Positions 37,059 to 47,700 are shown, numbered from the stretch's first letter. The stretch: DNA of 64,000 nt from Candidatus Omnitrophota bacterium (GCA_903901225.1 CAIUQE010000048.1:5844-69843), one strand, 5' to 3'. Notes: generated from the sequence alone by a model not told the origin. Made by a program: numbers and translations.

Positions 37059-39061
37059 TTACTATCCCTGATGAAATATTTCTTGAACGTATCAACGGCA
37101 TGACACAGGCCGCAATTCTCGCCGAATTGTCCTTTATGGACGTCATCGTTCTCATGGCACGCGAAACAATCCGATGAAGTATGCCGGCCTTTTGCGAGGG
37201 GTTTGTTATGGCACGCTGCGCATTTGATCCCCGCGTGCGGCCCCTCAAGTTTGTATTTGGTCTGTCGGTCATGGTCGAATTGCCACAACTTCCAGCCGTT
37301 GGGATTGTGGCATTGGCCGCAATCCGTCCCCAAAGCGCTTTTATGCGTATCTTGCCTGGCGTGACATGAACCACAATCAGGCTGGGTGTCTTGATAAGCG
37401 GCCGAATGATGACATTCTGTGCATGCCAGGACAGCATGCTGGCCAATGAGCGGAAAATGAGTCAGGTCATGGTCGAATTTTGACACATCCTGCCATTTCC
37501 CGGCATTATGGCAACGCTGACAATCGCGCGCGGACGCGCTTTTGTGGACATCATCTTTTTGATGACAACTGGCGCAATCTGTCGGCAGCCTCGTCCCGTG
37601 TTCCAGCGGGGCGTTATGGCAAGCGCGGCATTTTAACGTTTCGTGTGCTTCAGTCAACAAAAATTTTGTCATAATATTGTGCTTAAAATCCCACTGTTTC
37701 CAGCTGTCAGCCGTATGGCATTGCGCGCAATCTTCACCGAGGGCACCTTTATGCGTGTCGTCTTTTTCATGGCAGGAAGAACACGCGCGTTTAGCGTCTT
37801 TGAACGCCGCGCTAAGATGGCATGTGTTACAAGCCAGAACAATATGCGGGCCTTTTAACTGGAAACGAGTCCTGTCGTGGTCAAATTTAACGTTAACTTT
37901 CCAGCCCGCATCGTTGTGGCAGGACTGGCAGTCCTTCCCTTCCTGCCCTTTGTGCACATCCTGCGCCTGATGGCAGGACAGGCAAGCCTTGTCGATTTTC
38001 ATATCAGCCGAAGCTATCCTGTGACAGGCCTCACAATCGGCAGCCCTATGTTTCCCTGACAACAAGAAATGCGTGTCGCGGTCATGGTCAAAGGTGACCT
38101 TTTTCCATCCGGATGTGGTGTGGCACTGTTCGCATTTGGTCCCGTTCTTGGCTTTATGGGTGTCGTCCAGTTTATGGCACGCCAGACAATTTGTCGGAGT
38201 GGTTGTCGTAAAAACATTCGCGGCATGGCAGGCCGCGCATGCCGTCTGGAGGTGCTTTCCCGTCAAGGCGAACTTGGTCCCTTTGTCATGGTCAAAAGAG
38301 ATGTTCTTCCATCCACGGGTTGAATGGCACTGTTCACAACGGGCATCACGGGGGCTGTTATGGACATCATTGATCAGATGGCACGCCACGCAAGCCACGG
38401 CTGTTTTGGTGTATTTTTCATTAACATGGCAGATATTGCAGGCGACGTTCACATGCTTCCCGTTCAGTGGGAAATTTGTTTTGGCATGAACAAAGAGCGC
38501 GTTTTTCCAGCCGGTGTCATTGTGGCATCGGGCGCAATCTTTACCAAGTTCTTCATGATGATGATCATTCTTGGCGTGACAGCTGTAACAATCTTCGGGA
38601 GCAGCCCGGTAAGGGCGTCCGGGTTGATGGCATGAGCGGCATGTCACGCTCGAAAGAGCGTGGGCCCCATGGAGCGCGAAGTCTGTCCGGTCATGCTTGA
38701 AGGTTTCTTTATCCAGACGGACAATGTCATACGCGCGGCCTTTATGTTCCGTGTGGCAGGCCTTGCAAGCCTTATCTTCCTCGCCCGCGCGCCGGCCGTG
38801 GAGGCCTTGATGGAGCGTGATGTCAGAGGCCACATCCTTGTGGCAGTCCAGGCATATCAGATCCTGTTTGTTCTTGTCGAAAGCAGAATGGCATTTTGGA
38901 CACTGCCCTTCGTAGGCCGCGTGGGCCCTGGTCAATGGCCCGGGCATGACGAACAGTTCGATGAGATTAACGCGATAAAGTTGGAACAGCGCTATCAGTA
39001 TGAGCACGACCAGAGCGCTGATCACCAGGTTAAAACTTTTTTTCTTTCCTGCGGATTCGAT
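37055..39061 (-). CDS. Multiheme c-type cytochrome (27 CxxCH motifs), N-terminally anchored or periplasmic
   Basis: 27 CxxCH motifs in 3-heme units (FDH..T.F.L.G.H..CxxCH..CxxCH..D.H..CxxCH). N-terminal TM followed by PGPL..AH. The track start is GTG 39025, but the SD position favours ATC 39061. Confidence 0.93.
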   Translation of the reverse strand: MESAGKKKSFNLVISALVVLILIALFQLYRVNLIELFVMPGPLTRAHAAYEGQCPKCHSAFDKNKQDLICLDCHKDVASDITLHQGLHGRRAGEEDKACKACHTEHKGRAYDIVRLDKETFKHDRTDFALHGAHALSSVTCRSCHQPGRPYRAAPEDCYSCHAKNDHHHEELGKDCARCHNDTGWKNALFVHAKTNFPLNGKHVNVACNICHVNEKYTKTAVACVACHLINDVHNSPRDARCEQCHSTRGWKNISFDHDKGTKFALTGKHLQTACAACHAANVFTTTTPTNCLACHKLDDTHKAKNGTKCEQCHTTSGWKKVTFDHDRDTHFLLSGKHRAADCEACHRIASADMKIDKACLSCHQAQDVHKGQEGKDCQSCHNDAGWKVNVKFDHDRTRFQLKGPHIVLACNTCHLSAAFKDAKRACSSCHEKDDTHKGALGEDCAQCHTADSWKQWDFKHNIMTKFLLTEAHETLKCRACHNAPLEHGTRLPTDCASCHQKDDVHKSASARDCQRCHNAGKWQDVSKFDHDLTHFPLIGQHAVLACTECHHSAAYQDTQPDCGSCHARQDTHKSALGTDCGQCHNPNGWKLWQFDHDRQTKYKLEGPHAGIKCAACHNKPLAKGRHTSSDCFACHENDDVHKGQFGENCGLCHAVDTFKKYFIRDSK

Positions 39062-39175
39062 AATAACTCCTTTTCGAAAAAAATATCTGTGTAAAAGATA
39101 CTATATATAATTAACAAAGCAAATTTATTTTATGAAATTTTGGGATCAAAACAACGAAGAGGAGCTACTGTCTGG

Positions 39176-39589
39176 TCAGGGTTTAGAATGATCGGCCGGG
39201 CCGGTGTTGTGAAGGATATAACCAAGATTTTGTCCGGTCCTGGAATAATCCAGGGCGGTCATTTTTTTGATGCTTTGGATCACATTGTTGTCGCGCGTGT
39301 AGTCGATCCTCACCCTGTCCCCCGTTTGATAACCGGGTGAGTTGTCCAGGTAAATGAAACTCCTGACGGTACGCGTGTTCTCATCATAAATATCAATGCG
39401 GTTGCGACCCATGGCCCTGATCGTGCCAAAGATCATGTCGGTACTTTTGAGTTGTTGGAAGGTTTGGTCTGTTGTTGCTGCCTGGCCGGGGAAAACAAGA
39501 GCAGCTGAAAACAAGAGGACGCAAAAAACCCCGGACCTTGCATGTTTTGGCAGAACAGCGTCAAGAAGAACGTGTGCTGTAAGTTCCAT
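39176..39589 (-). CDS. Hypothetical exported protein (small beta/OB-like)
   Basis: Signal-like segment ending GQA followed by a short beta-rich domain (GDRVRIDY). Confidence 0.6.
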   Translation of the reverse strand: MELTAHVLLDAVLPKHARSGVFCVLLFSAALVFPGQAATTDQTFQQLKSTDMIFGTIRAMGRNRIDIYDENTRTVRSFIYLDNSPGYQTGDRVRIDYTRDNNVIQSIKKMTALDYSRTGQNLGYILHNTGPADHSKP

Positions 39590-39612
39590 GCAAGACCCGG
39601 GGGTTGAATTGC

Positions 39613-40308
39613 CTATTTGCCGTACACTGTCTGTAATTGCGCGACTTTGGGGAACTCCGCGTAGAATTCACCCTGGGGACCCACGAAGCCGGCCCCTGAC
39701 CTCTTGATCGTTACCGCCGTATACCCGCCACTTTTGGTGTTGGGGATATTGATCGTGAACACCTCATCGGCCGCGGGAGTTGCCGCTGATGCCGTTACAG
39801 ATGCCGCTGGGGCTGTTGCAACCGGCTGGGGCTGTGTTATCGATGCCTGAACGATGACAGGGGCCGGCGCGGGTTGTGTGACAATGACCGGTGCCTGTGT
39901 CATTGTCGCAGGTTGCTGAACGACCTGGTATCCATAACGCGTGTAAATGTAATAAGTGCCGTTATCGACGTAGTACGTGATACCGTTGATCACAATGGGC
40001 CGGTATTCCGGAGGGATCGCGGCCACCACGGCGCCGATCGGCGGGGTTACAAGGACAAAGTCACCGCCTATTTTGGTGTAATAAAGCCCATCATAATAGT
40101 AATATCTCGCTTCCCTTGTCCGCACAACAAAGGCGTCGTCGGGAACAAAGGTCAAATGAAGGCCAAACGAAGGGCGCTCGTGATAGCGATAATAATGATG
40201 GTCTTCGTGACGACCATTGTCCCTGGCGAATGACAACGAAGGCGGTGCCAATAATGACAATCCCATAATTAGCGCCGACACCTTCGATATTTCTTTTATA
40301 CTGAACAT
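39613..40308 (-). CDS. Exported Tyr/Pro-rich protein (DUF6515-like)
   Basis: Signal peptide, YYYYDGLYY, PPIGAVV, YYVDNGTYY, a P/A/T linker and C-terminal GFVGPQGEFY.EFP. Confidence 0.75.
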   Translation of the reverse strand: MFSIKEISKVSALIMGLSLLAPPSLSFARDNGRHEDHHYYRYHERPSFGLHLTFVPDDAFVVRTREARYYYYDGLYYTKIGGDFVLVTPPIGAVVAAIPPEYRPIVINGITYYVDNGTYYIYTRYGYQVVQQPATMTQAPVIVTQPAPAPVIVQASITQPQPVATAPAASVTASAATPAADEVFTINIPNTKSGGYTAVTIKRSGAGFVGPQGEFYAEFPKVAQLQTVYGK

Positions 40309-40346
40309 GGCGAACCTCTTGTTTTGAGCTGGCAGGTCCAGTCCTG

Positions 40347-40808
40347 TTACCTGGTCTGCATGGTTTCAATGACCCGCTGACTTACACCTTCCCTGCGCAG
40401 ATAACTTATGTCATCAGCCGTGAGGGCATACGTTGAATTAGTGGTCCTGATTCTGGCAATGATCTCATCCCCCGACAAGCCCTGCTGTGTCCAATCAACG
40501 ATCTGCTGCATCGTTATTTGGGAGATCGGAGTGGCGCGTGACGCGACCGGGACCTGTCTGGGCGTAGCGTTCTTGTTCTCGATCTGTGACCCCGCAATGC
40601 CACCCGCGGCCGCGCCCAAAGCACCGCCGATCAAAGCGCCGCCGATGGCATGGTCGCCTTTTTGCTGATGCCCCACTACGCCGCCGACAACAGCGCCGAG
40701 TATGCCGCCGATCCCGGCGCCCTCAGCGACCTTGGTCTGGTTCTCGGCGCAGCCGGACAATGCCAGCGCGTAGACCGCAATGATTAGTAGATAGACTTGA
40801 TTCTTCAT
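40347..40808 (-). CDS. Glycine-zipper lipoprotein
   Basis: Lipobox LSGC, tandem GxxxG zippers and a C-terminal helical domain. SD GGAGG. Confidence 0.8.
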   Translation of the reverse strand: MKNQVYLLIIAVYALALSGCAENQTKVAEGAGIGGILGAVVGGVVGHQQKGDHAIGGALIGGALGAAAGGIAGSQIENKNATPRQVPVASRATPISQITMQQIVDWTQQGLSGDEIIARIRTTNSTYALTADDISYLRREGVSQRVIETMQTR

Positions 40809-40884
40809 TCCCTGCCTCCATGTTTGATGATTTAATTATCAAAGGCCGCCATGTGACCTGATGGGCCGCATTTTAGCACTTTTT

Positions 40885-41490
40885 TCATTTTGTATACATA
40901 ACACGTAATTGCTCGACCTTGGGAAATTCATTATAAAATTCTCCCTGGGGTCCGATAAACCCGCTGCCTGACCGCGTGAGATTTACAGCCGTGAACCCGC
41001 CCTGGGAATTTGGCACATTGACGGTAATGGCTCCCTGGGCGCTGGCAGGAGCAGTTGCCGGGGTGATCACTGTAGGCGGCGCGACAACAACAGCGGGCTG
41101 ATAAATGACCGGTTGAGGAACGACCTGATAACCGCCCGCGACGGGAACATAATAAGTCCCGTTATACTCAAAATATGCGGTGCCGTTGACAATGTACTGC
41201 CGGGATCCGGCGGGAATAGCGTAAACGATCGCGTTAACAGGGGCCGTTTCAACGATATAGGTGTAAGAAACGGGTGTGTAATAACGGGGCGGATAATACC
41301 TGTGGGCATAATAGTCCCTCCAGGGGTCATAATCCCTGAAAGAGCCCCTTCCACGATGGTCCGCGACGCCGATATCTATCCCCCATGAAACACCGGCATG
41401 GGCTGTTGTTGGCGTGAAGGACAAGATTAGGAAGGCCAGGATGCTCACACACAAGGACACGGGAAAATTCAATTTGTTCGAGCTATACAT
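40885..41490 (-). CDS. Exported Tyr/Pro-rich protein (DUF6515-like), paralog of 39613..40308
   Basis: SD GGAGG before ATG 41490. Signal peptide ends AHA. Shares the C-terminal GFIGPQGEFYNEFPKV domain. Confidence 0.75.
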   Translation of the reverse strand: MYSSNKLNFPVSLCVSILAFLILSFTPTTAHAGVSWGIDIGVADHRGRGSFRDYDPWRDYYAHRYYPPRYYTPVSYTYIVETAPVNAIVYAIPAGSRQYIVNGTAYFEYNGTYYVPVAGGYQVVPQPVIYQPAVVVAPPTVITPATAPASAQGAITVNVPNSQGGFTAVNLTRSGSGFIGPQGEFYNEFPKVEQLRVMYTK

Positions 41491-41568
41491 AGGTACCTCC
41501 ACAGGATCGTTTGCGTTCCTGTTAATTAGACAACAACACACCTAAAAAAGTTCCCATAAAATAGATCA

Positions 41569-42132
41569 TCAGGAGAATGCCTGCTCCATCTTTTTCAGGA
41601 TCGCGCGTTCCGCTGGAGATGTTTTCAGGGCAACACCCAGGATACCACCGGACGCTTCGGCAACTTTTTTGGCCCGCTCCAGAAGGTCGGACCTGAATGA
41701 ATGGCGGTCCGCGGTTGTCATTGTTTCACATACGCCCTCAATGTAATGCAACCAGGCTTCAAGCAACTTGGCAGGAGGCTGGTGCTTGAGCCAATTCTCA
41801 AGTAAGAGATATTCACTTGAACCGGCTGTGATCCCGTTGGCCGCGGCGGCTTCGAGGACAGCGGTACGTTCCTTGTCATCAATTTTACCGTCTGCCCAGG
41901 CGATCTCAATGAGCGGCACAACGGCTATCGACGTCAGAATATGAGGGGCTATGTCCAGTTCAATGAGTTTGTCAAGGACCTTGGGATTATGGATACCGGA
42001 AACTTCCGACAATGCCTCGCGTGTGCTTTTGATGGCTTCCAACTTTCGCTGCAAGGCGATCAGCTCAGCGTCTTTTCTCCTGAAGAAAGCTTCTTCCAGC
42101 GATAAGCTACTGTCAAAAAACTCATTGGCCAT
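41569..42132 (-). CDS. Hypothetical protein, TerB-like fold
   Basis: IAWADGKIDDKER and VAEASGG...SPAE motifs. SD GGAGGG. Confidence 0.7.
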   Translation of the reverse strand: MANEFFDSSLSLEEAFFRRKDAELIALQRKLEAIKSTREALSEVSGIHNPKVLDKLIELDIAPHILTSIAVVPLIEIAWADGKIDDKERTAVLEAAAANGITAGSSEYLLLENWLKHQPPAKLLEAWLHYIEGVCETMTTADRHSFRSDLLERAKKVAEASGGILGVALKTSPAERAILKKMEQAFS

Positions 42133-42150
42133 ACTTTCCCTCCGTTATTA

Positions 42151-42522
42151 TCATTCGGCTGTTTTTAGTGATAGTAAATATATGGTTGCCGCGATACCGA
42201 TAAGGCCCATCAGCACCCTTCCCGGTAAATTATGGACAAAAAATATCGAGGATGTAATTATACCCGCCCACTGGGAAACGACAAGGATCACCTTGACCTT
42301 TAGTTTGATCCCGTTATTTTCATGATAGTTCCTGATATGCGGTCCTATCAACCGGTTATCCATGAGCATGGCATGGAATTTCTGCGAACTTTTCGAGAAA
42401 CATACCGAGGCGATGATAAAAAAAGGCAGCGATGGTACTACAGGCAAAAGCGCGCCAAGGATCCCAAGGGCCACAAAAAAGAACCCGGTACACAAGAGGA
42501 ACACGCGTTTAATTTCATTCAT
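42151..42522 (-). CDS. ybaN: YbaN / DUF454 family membrane protein
   Basis: LGILGALLPVVPSLPF...CFSKSS...GPHIRNY. Confidence 0.85.
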   Translation of the reverse strand: MNEIKRVFLLCTGFFFVALGILGALLPVVPSLPFFIIASVCFSKSSQKFHAMLMDNRLIGPHIRNYHENNGIKLKVKVILVVSQWAGIITSSIFFVHNLPGRVLMGLIGIAATIYLLSLKTAE

Positions 42523-42544
42523 AGCGAATATTATACATTAAATA

Positions 42545-43564
42545 TCACGCGACATCCCGGGCATGCGCGCGGGTGAAATCAATGACCTGGCGCATCATGG
42601 TGACCGTTTCGACAGGATATTTCCCTGCCGCGGTTTCGGCGGATAGCATCAGAAAATCCGAGCCATCGAGCATCGCGTTGGCGACATCCGTCACCTCAGC
42701 GCGCGTGGGCCTGTAGTGCTCGGTCATGCTTTCCAGCATCTGGGTCGCGGTGATCACGAGCTTCTTCGCGCGATTGCATTTATGGATGATCTTCTTCTGG
42801 ATCACGGCTATCTCGTAGATGGGCAACGACACGCCCATGTCGCCGCGGGCGACCATGATCCCGTCGCTGACCGCGAGGATCTCGTCAATATTCCTGATCC
42901 CCTCCCTGTTCTCGATCTTGGCAATGATCTTGCAGGCAGGGCTCCTGTCTTTGACAGATTCTTTGAAATTAAGGATATCCTCCTTGCGCCGGACAAAGGA
43001 CTGCGCGATATAATCCGCCTTGTTCCTGACGCAGAACTCGATATTTTCCTTGTCCCTGCCGGTCAAGCCGTCAAAACCCAGATCTACATCGGGTATATTG
43101 ATCCCCTTATGCTCCTTCAGGACACCGGGAACGAGAACTTCCGTCTTAAGGATGTTGCGGTTACCCGAAAGGACTCTTAGCGCGATATTGCCGTCGTCAA
43201 TATAAATGAGCGACCCCTTGCCGATAGCCGTCAGGTCGCCTTGATAGTCAAAAGGGACCGCGTTCTCGATGCAAGGCGCCGCGGCATTGCTCAGAACGAG
43301 CGACTGGTTTTTCCTTAAGAGGATATCCTGATCAAGTTTTCCTATCCTGATCCTGTAGCCCTCGAGATCCCCCAGGAACCGCAATCGCCTAGAGTATTGC
43401 TTATTTAGGGCGCGGATACGCTCGATGACCTTCGCGTGACCGGCAAGATTGCCATGAGAGAAGTTCAGGCGGGCAACATCCATCCCGGCCAGCAACATTC
43501 GTTTCAAGACCGAAAGAGTGTTACTCATCGGCCCGATCGTGCAAATAATGCCTGTTTTACCCAT
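42545..43564 (-). CDS. pyk: Pyruvate kinase, short form lacking the C-terminal regulatory domain
   Basis: [51 protein letters not shown]. Only 339 aa. Confidence 0.88.
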   Translation of the reverse strand: MGKTGIICTIGPMSNTLSVLKRMLLAGMDVARLNFSHGNLAGHAKVIERIRALNKQYSRRLRFLGDLEGYRIRIGKLDQDILLRKNQSLVLSNAAAPCIENAVPFDYQGDLTAIGKGSLIYIDDGNIALRVLSGNRNILKTEVLVPGVLKEHKGINIPDVDLGFDGLTGRDKENIEFCVRNKADYIAQSFVRRKEDILNFKESVKDRSPACKIIAKIENREGIRNIDEILAVSDGIMVARGDMGVSLPIYEIAVIQKKIIHKCNRAKKLVITATQMLESMTEHYRPTRAEVTDVANAMLDGSDFLMLSAETAAGKYPVETVTMMRQVIDFTRAHARDVA

Positions 43565-43631
43565 AACACCCCACTCGTTTCATAAAAGAGTAACTGAAGA
43601 AAGGCTTGCTGTCCCTGATTTTTCAATTTTT

Positions 43632-44084
43632 TTAACGGTTATTATCGGATATTGGTGTGGCACTGCTCATCGTTGTGTTTGGCCGCTGGGTCGCGTCGTT
43701 GGTATAGTGCGCGGCATCATTGGGGCGCAGTGTGGCGTCATTGCTGTTCAATGAACCGTCATTAGGATGGTCCAGCGCGTTGTTCTGGTTAGACGACGCG
43801 TCATTGGGTGAATTAGTAGCATCATTGGCCTGGCCGCTGAGATCGTTTGACGTGAAATTTGAATCTCGCGATCGTTGCTGACTGACGTTTATCGTTGCAA
43901 TGTTATCGCGCAGAGAATCCATGCTCAGCCTGAAGGCTTCATCCTCATCCGCCCGCCTGCTCTTTTGGTCAGCGCGGGGTGAACTTTGGGGATGAAACGC
44001 CAGAAAGCATAGCACTAACGCTCCGAAGAGGATCTTCAGCGCGTTGGATCTGCTGATCACTTGCAGGAATGTATGACTTTTCAT
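43632..44084 (-). CDS. Hypothetical exported protein with Asn-Asp heptad repeats
   Basis: N-terminal hydrophobic segment followed by about nine 7-aa N(D/N)xxxxx repeats. Confidence 0.55.
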   Translation of the reverse strand: MKSHTFLQVISRSNALKILFGALVLCFLAFHPQSSPRADQKSRRADEDEAFRLSMDSLRDNIATINVSQQRSRDSNFTSNDLSGQANDATNSPNDASSNQNNALDHPNDGSLNSNDATLRPNDAAHYTNDATQRPNTTMSSATPISDNNR

Positions 44085-44126
44085 GTATAAACCATCTAAC
44101 GTTAAGGAAAGCCGGATATAGGCGCG

Positions 44127-44636
44127 TCAATGATCATCAAGTTTTTCCGGGCCGGTTTGAGCAAGAACTTCTTGGGCACGCGCGATCTCATCGCCGGTGC
44201 CATGCGCGATCAGGATGAATTTTCCGGCTTTCAGCGCTGTTTCATAATGCCGTATGGTTTCCTGAGGGATGCCCAGGGTGTAGAGGCCGGCCCCGAGCGC
44301 GCTCAAGCCACCCACCACGACCGCCCCTTCAAGCGCCCCGACGATCCAGCCGACCAGGGGGCCTGCGACGAGCAAAGGCCCGACGGTCGGAACCCAAAAG
44401 AACGCGGAACCGAACAGCAGTCCCCATAATCCGCCCCAAAAAGCGCCTGTTTTTCCCCACATCGTCATGCGTTCGCCGATATTGTAATAACCGACCGCGT
44501 GTTCATCCGTGTGGTAATCACGTCCGACGGCCGACAGTTTCTTCATGTCAAAGCCGGAGTGCTCCAGTTTCCTGATGGCCGCTTCGGCTTCAGTGTGCGA
44601 CGGATAGATCGCGATGGTCGTATTGGTGGTCTTCAT
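44127..44636 (-). CDS. General stress protein / DUF1269-like membrane protein
   Basis: AEAAIRKL..GFD, GAFWGGLWGLLFG, GPLLVAGPL, LGIP...YE..LKAG. SD AAGGAG before ATG 44636. Confidence 0.8.
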   Translation of the reverse strand: MKTTNTTIAIYPSHTEAEAAIRKLEHSGFDMKKLSAVGRDYHTDEHAVGYYNIGERMTMWGKTGAFWGGLWGLLFGSAFFWVPTVGPLLVAGPLVGWIVGALEGAVVVGGLSALGAGLYTLGIPQETIRHYETALKAGKFILIAHGTGDEIARAQEVLAQTGPEKLDDH

Positions 44637-44720
44637 GCGGGCTCCTTTGGGCAAGTTACAAATCGTACTTACGGTCTTGTGGTTATTATTTTATCGAAGC
44701 GCGGGATGTACGCAATTGTA

Positions 44721-47700
44721 CTAAGGTGTAACAGGGCCGGCCTTGTGGTCCGTCGCCAGCATCATGTACATGGCGGGAACAACAAAGAGGGTGAAGAGCG
44801 TGCCTATGGCGATGCCGGTGGATATCACCAGCCCCATATTGAACCGTCCGGCAGCGCCCGCGCCCGACGCAAGGACCAGCGGCATGACGCCAAAGACCAT
44901 GGCCGCGGTGGTCATCAGGATGGGCCGCAGGCGTATCGCGGCCGCCATTTCGACGGCATCGCGTTTGGAGCGGCCCTCTTTGCGCAGGTCATTGGCGAAC
45001 TGCACGATCAGTATCCCGTGTTTGCTGATGAGCCCGATCAACGTCACGAGACCGACCTGGGTGAATATATTCAGGCTGGCACCGCCGATGCCAAGGCTGA
45101 TGAAGATCAACGCGCCGCAGATCGACATCGGGACGCTCACCAGCACGATGAGCGGGTCACGGAAACTTTCGAACTGCGCGGCAAGGGCCAGAAAAATGAT
45201 CAGCAGGGCGAAAAAGAACGTGATGATCAAAGCGCTGGATTCCTTGACGAACTGGCGGGACTGCCCGGCATGATCAAAGGTATAGCCCTGCGGCAGGACT
45301 TCCTGGCCTATCTGCTTGAGTTTCGCCAGTGCTGTCCCGAGCGGGATGCCGGGCATCTGGACCCCGGAAATGGTCGCTGAATTAAGCTGCTGGAAATGGT
45401 TCAGCGACTGGGGCACAACGCTTGTCTTAAAGCTGATGATCGTCGAGATGGGCACGGATGCCCCGCTGGCGGTCGTGATGTAATAATCTTTCAACTGGTC
45501 AGGGTTAAGCCGTTCGCGGCGCATGACCTGCGGGATGACCTTGTAGGACCGCCCTGAAAGGCTGAAATAGTTGACGTACCCGCCCCCCAGCATGGCGCCG
45601 AGGACGCCACCCACGTCGCGCATGGACAAACCTATCTGTGCCGCTTTTTCCCGGTCGATCTGTATCTCGGTCTGCGGCTTGTCGATCTTAAGGTCGGTAT
45701 CAATGAACATGAACAAGCCGCTGGCCCGCGCCTTGTCGAGAAAGGCGGACGAAACTTCGTTGAGCCTGGCGGAAGTATCCGTCGTCCCTATGACGAATTG
45801 CACCGGGAGGCCTTCCCCGCCGCCGGGCAAAGGCGGCGGCAGGAATGCCACCCCGTTAACGCCGGCAATGCCGGCCAGCTTAGCTTGAAGGCCCTGCTGG
45901 AATTGCACGGATGACCGCTTGCGTTCTTCCCAGGGTTTGAGAACAATACCGGCCAATCCGGCATTGAGCCCGCCCAGACCATCGATCTGAAAGATATGTT
46001 CGGTCTCGGGGTAAGCCTTGATGATGTTATATACTTCTTTTGAATAGATCGCGGTCTGTTCCAATGAAGCATTCGGAGCGCCGGTATACATTGAAATGAT
46101 AAACCCCTGATCCTCTTGCGGTGCCAGCTCGCTGTTCGATTTTAAGTACAAAAAGCAGGTGCTGGTCAGGACAATGAGCGCGAAAACAGCTACCACGGGC
46201 AGGTAATTCAAAGTCCCGTGCAGCGTTCTCCGGTAAGCCCCCTGCACGCGTTCGAACTGTTGGTCAATGACCTCCGTGAATGATCTTTTCGCGCCGTGGT
46301 CATGGTGCCGGAGCATCCTGGAACACATCATGGGTGACAATGTCAGGGCTACGGCGGCGGATACGACGACAGCGCCTACCAGCGTGAACGCGAATTCAGT
46401 GAACAAAGCGCCCGTCAATCCGCCCATGAAACCGATGGGGACATAAACGGCCACGAGGACAATGGTCATGGCGATGATGGCGCCTGAAAGTTCACGCGCG
46501 CCCCGCAGCGAGGCTTCCAGCGGCGCGATCCCGTCCTCGATATGCCGGTGGATGTTCTCCACGACAATGATCGCGTCGTCGACCACCAGCCCGATGGCCA
46601 GGATCAGCGCCAGCAGCGTCAGCAGGTTGATCGTGTAGCCGAAAACAAGCATCATGAACAAAGCGCCGATCAGGGACAGCGGCATCGCTATGGCCGGTAT
46701 CACGACGGAACGGATCGACCCAAGGAAAAGGAAAATAACAAGCGTCACGATCAGCAGTGATTCGACCAGGGTCTTGAGGACCTCGTGGATCGAGCTGTTG
46801 ATATAATTGGTCGCGTCATAAATGATCCGTCCTTCGAGCCCTTCGGGTAATTGCGCCTCGACATCGGGGAACGCTTTGCGCACGCCGGCAATGACCGTTA
46901 GCAGGTTCGCGCTCGGGGCCACCTTGATGCCGATGAACACCGCGTTCTCACCGTCAAAAGCGACCGTGGTGTCATAATCCTCGGACCCCAGGGTCACATT
47001 GGCGACATCCCCCAGCCGGACCATGGCGCCGCCGGCCGACTTGATGATGAGCTCCCTGAATTGCTCCACCGAATGCAGGCCGGTGCCCGCGGTAAGGTCT
47101 GCCGTTACCATAAGGCCTCTGGTACGGCCCACTGCCGCGATAAAATCGTTCGCCGCCAGCGCGTTGCTCACATCGACAGCAGTGATACCGCGTGACGCCA
47201 TTTTTTGCGGGTCCAGCCAGGCCCGCAGCGCGAACTGGCGCCCGCCCAGGATCTCGGCGGTCTGCACACCTTCAACTGTTTGCAGTTTGGGCTGGACGAC
47301 CCTGATCAGGTAGTCGGTGATCTTGTTCGTTTCCAGGATCTTGCTGTAAAAACCGATATACATCGAATCCGTAGACTCGCCGACCGCCACCGTGATCGCC
47401 GGCTGCTGGGCTTCTTTGGGCAGCTGGTTGAGCACCGCGTTCACCTTGGTGTTGATCTCGGTCAAGGCCTTGTTAGCGTCGTAATTAAGGCGCAGGTTGG
47501 CCTTGATCACGCTAACGTTCGAGGTGCTTGAGGACGTGAGATAATCGATGCCGCTCGCCTGGGCGATCGAATTTTCCAGCGGCGTGGTGATGAACCCGGC
47601 CACCAGCGCGGGATCCGCCCCGGTGTAGACCGTGGTGACCGTGACGACCGCGTTCTGGGTCTCGGGATATTCTCGCACGCTCAGCAAACTCGCGGCCCTC

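Noticed and set aside
33586-38700. Many plus-strand ORFs with repetitive LWQ/WHxxQ patterns
   Set aside because: They are antisense shadows of the CxxCH repeats of the two cytochromes and have no independent signals.
40873-40900. TTAGCACT as a possible CIRCE element
   Set aside because: Only one half-site is present and it is not upstream of a chaperone gene. No CIRCE was seen before htpG.
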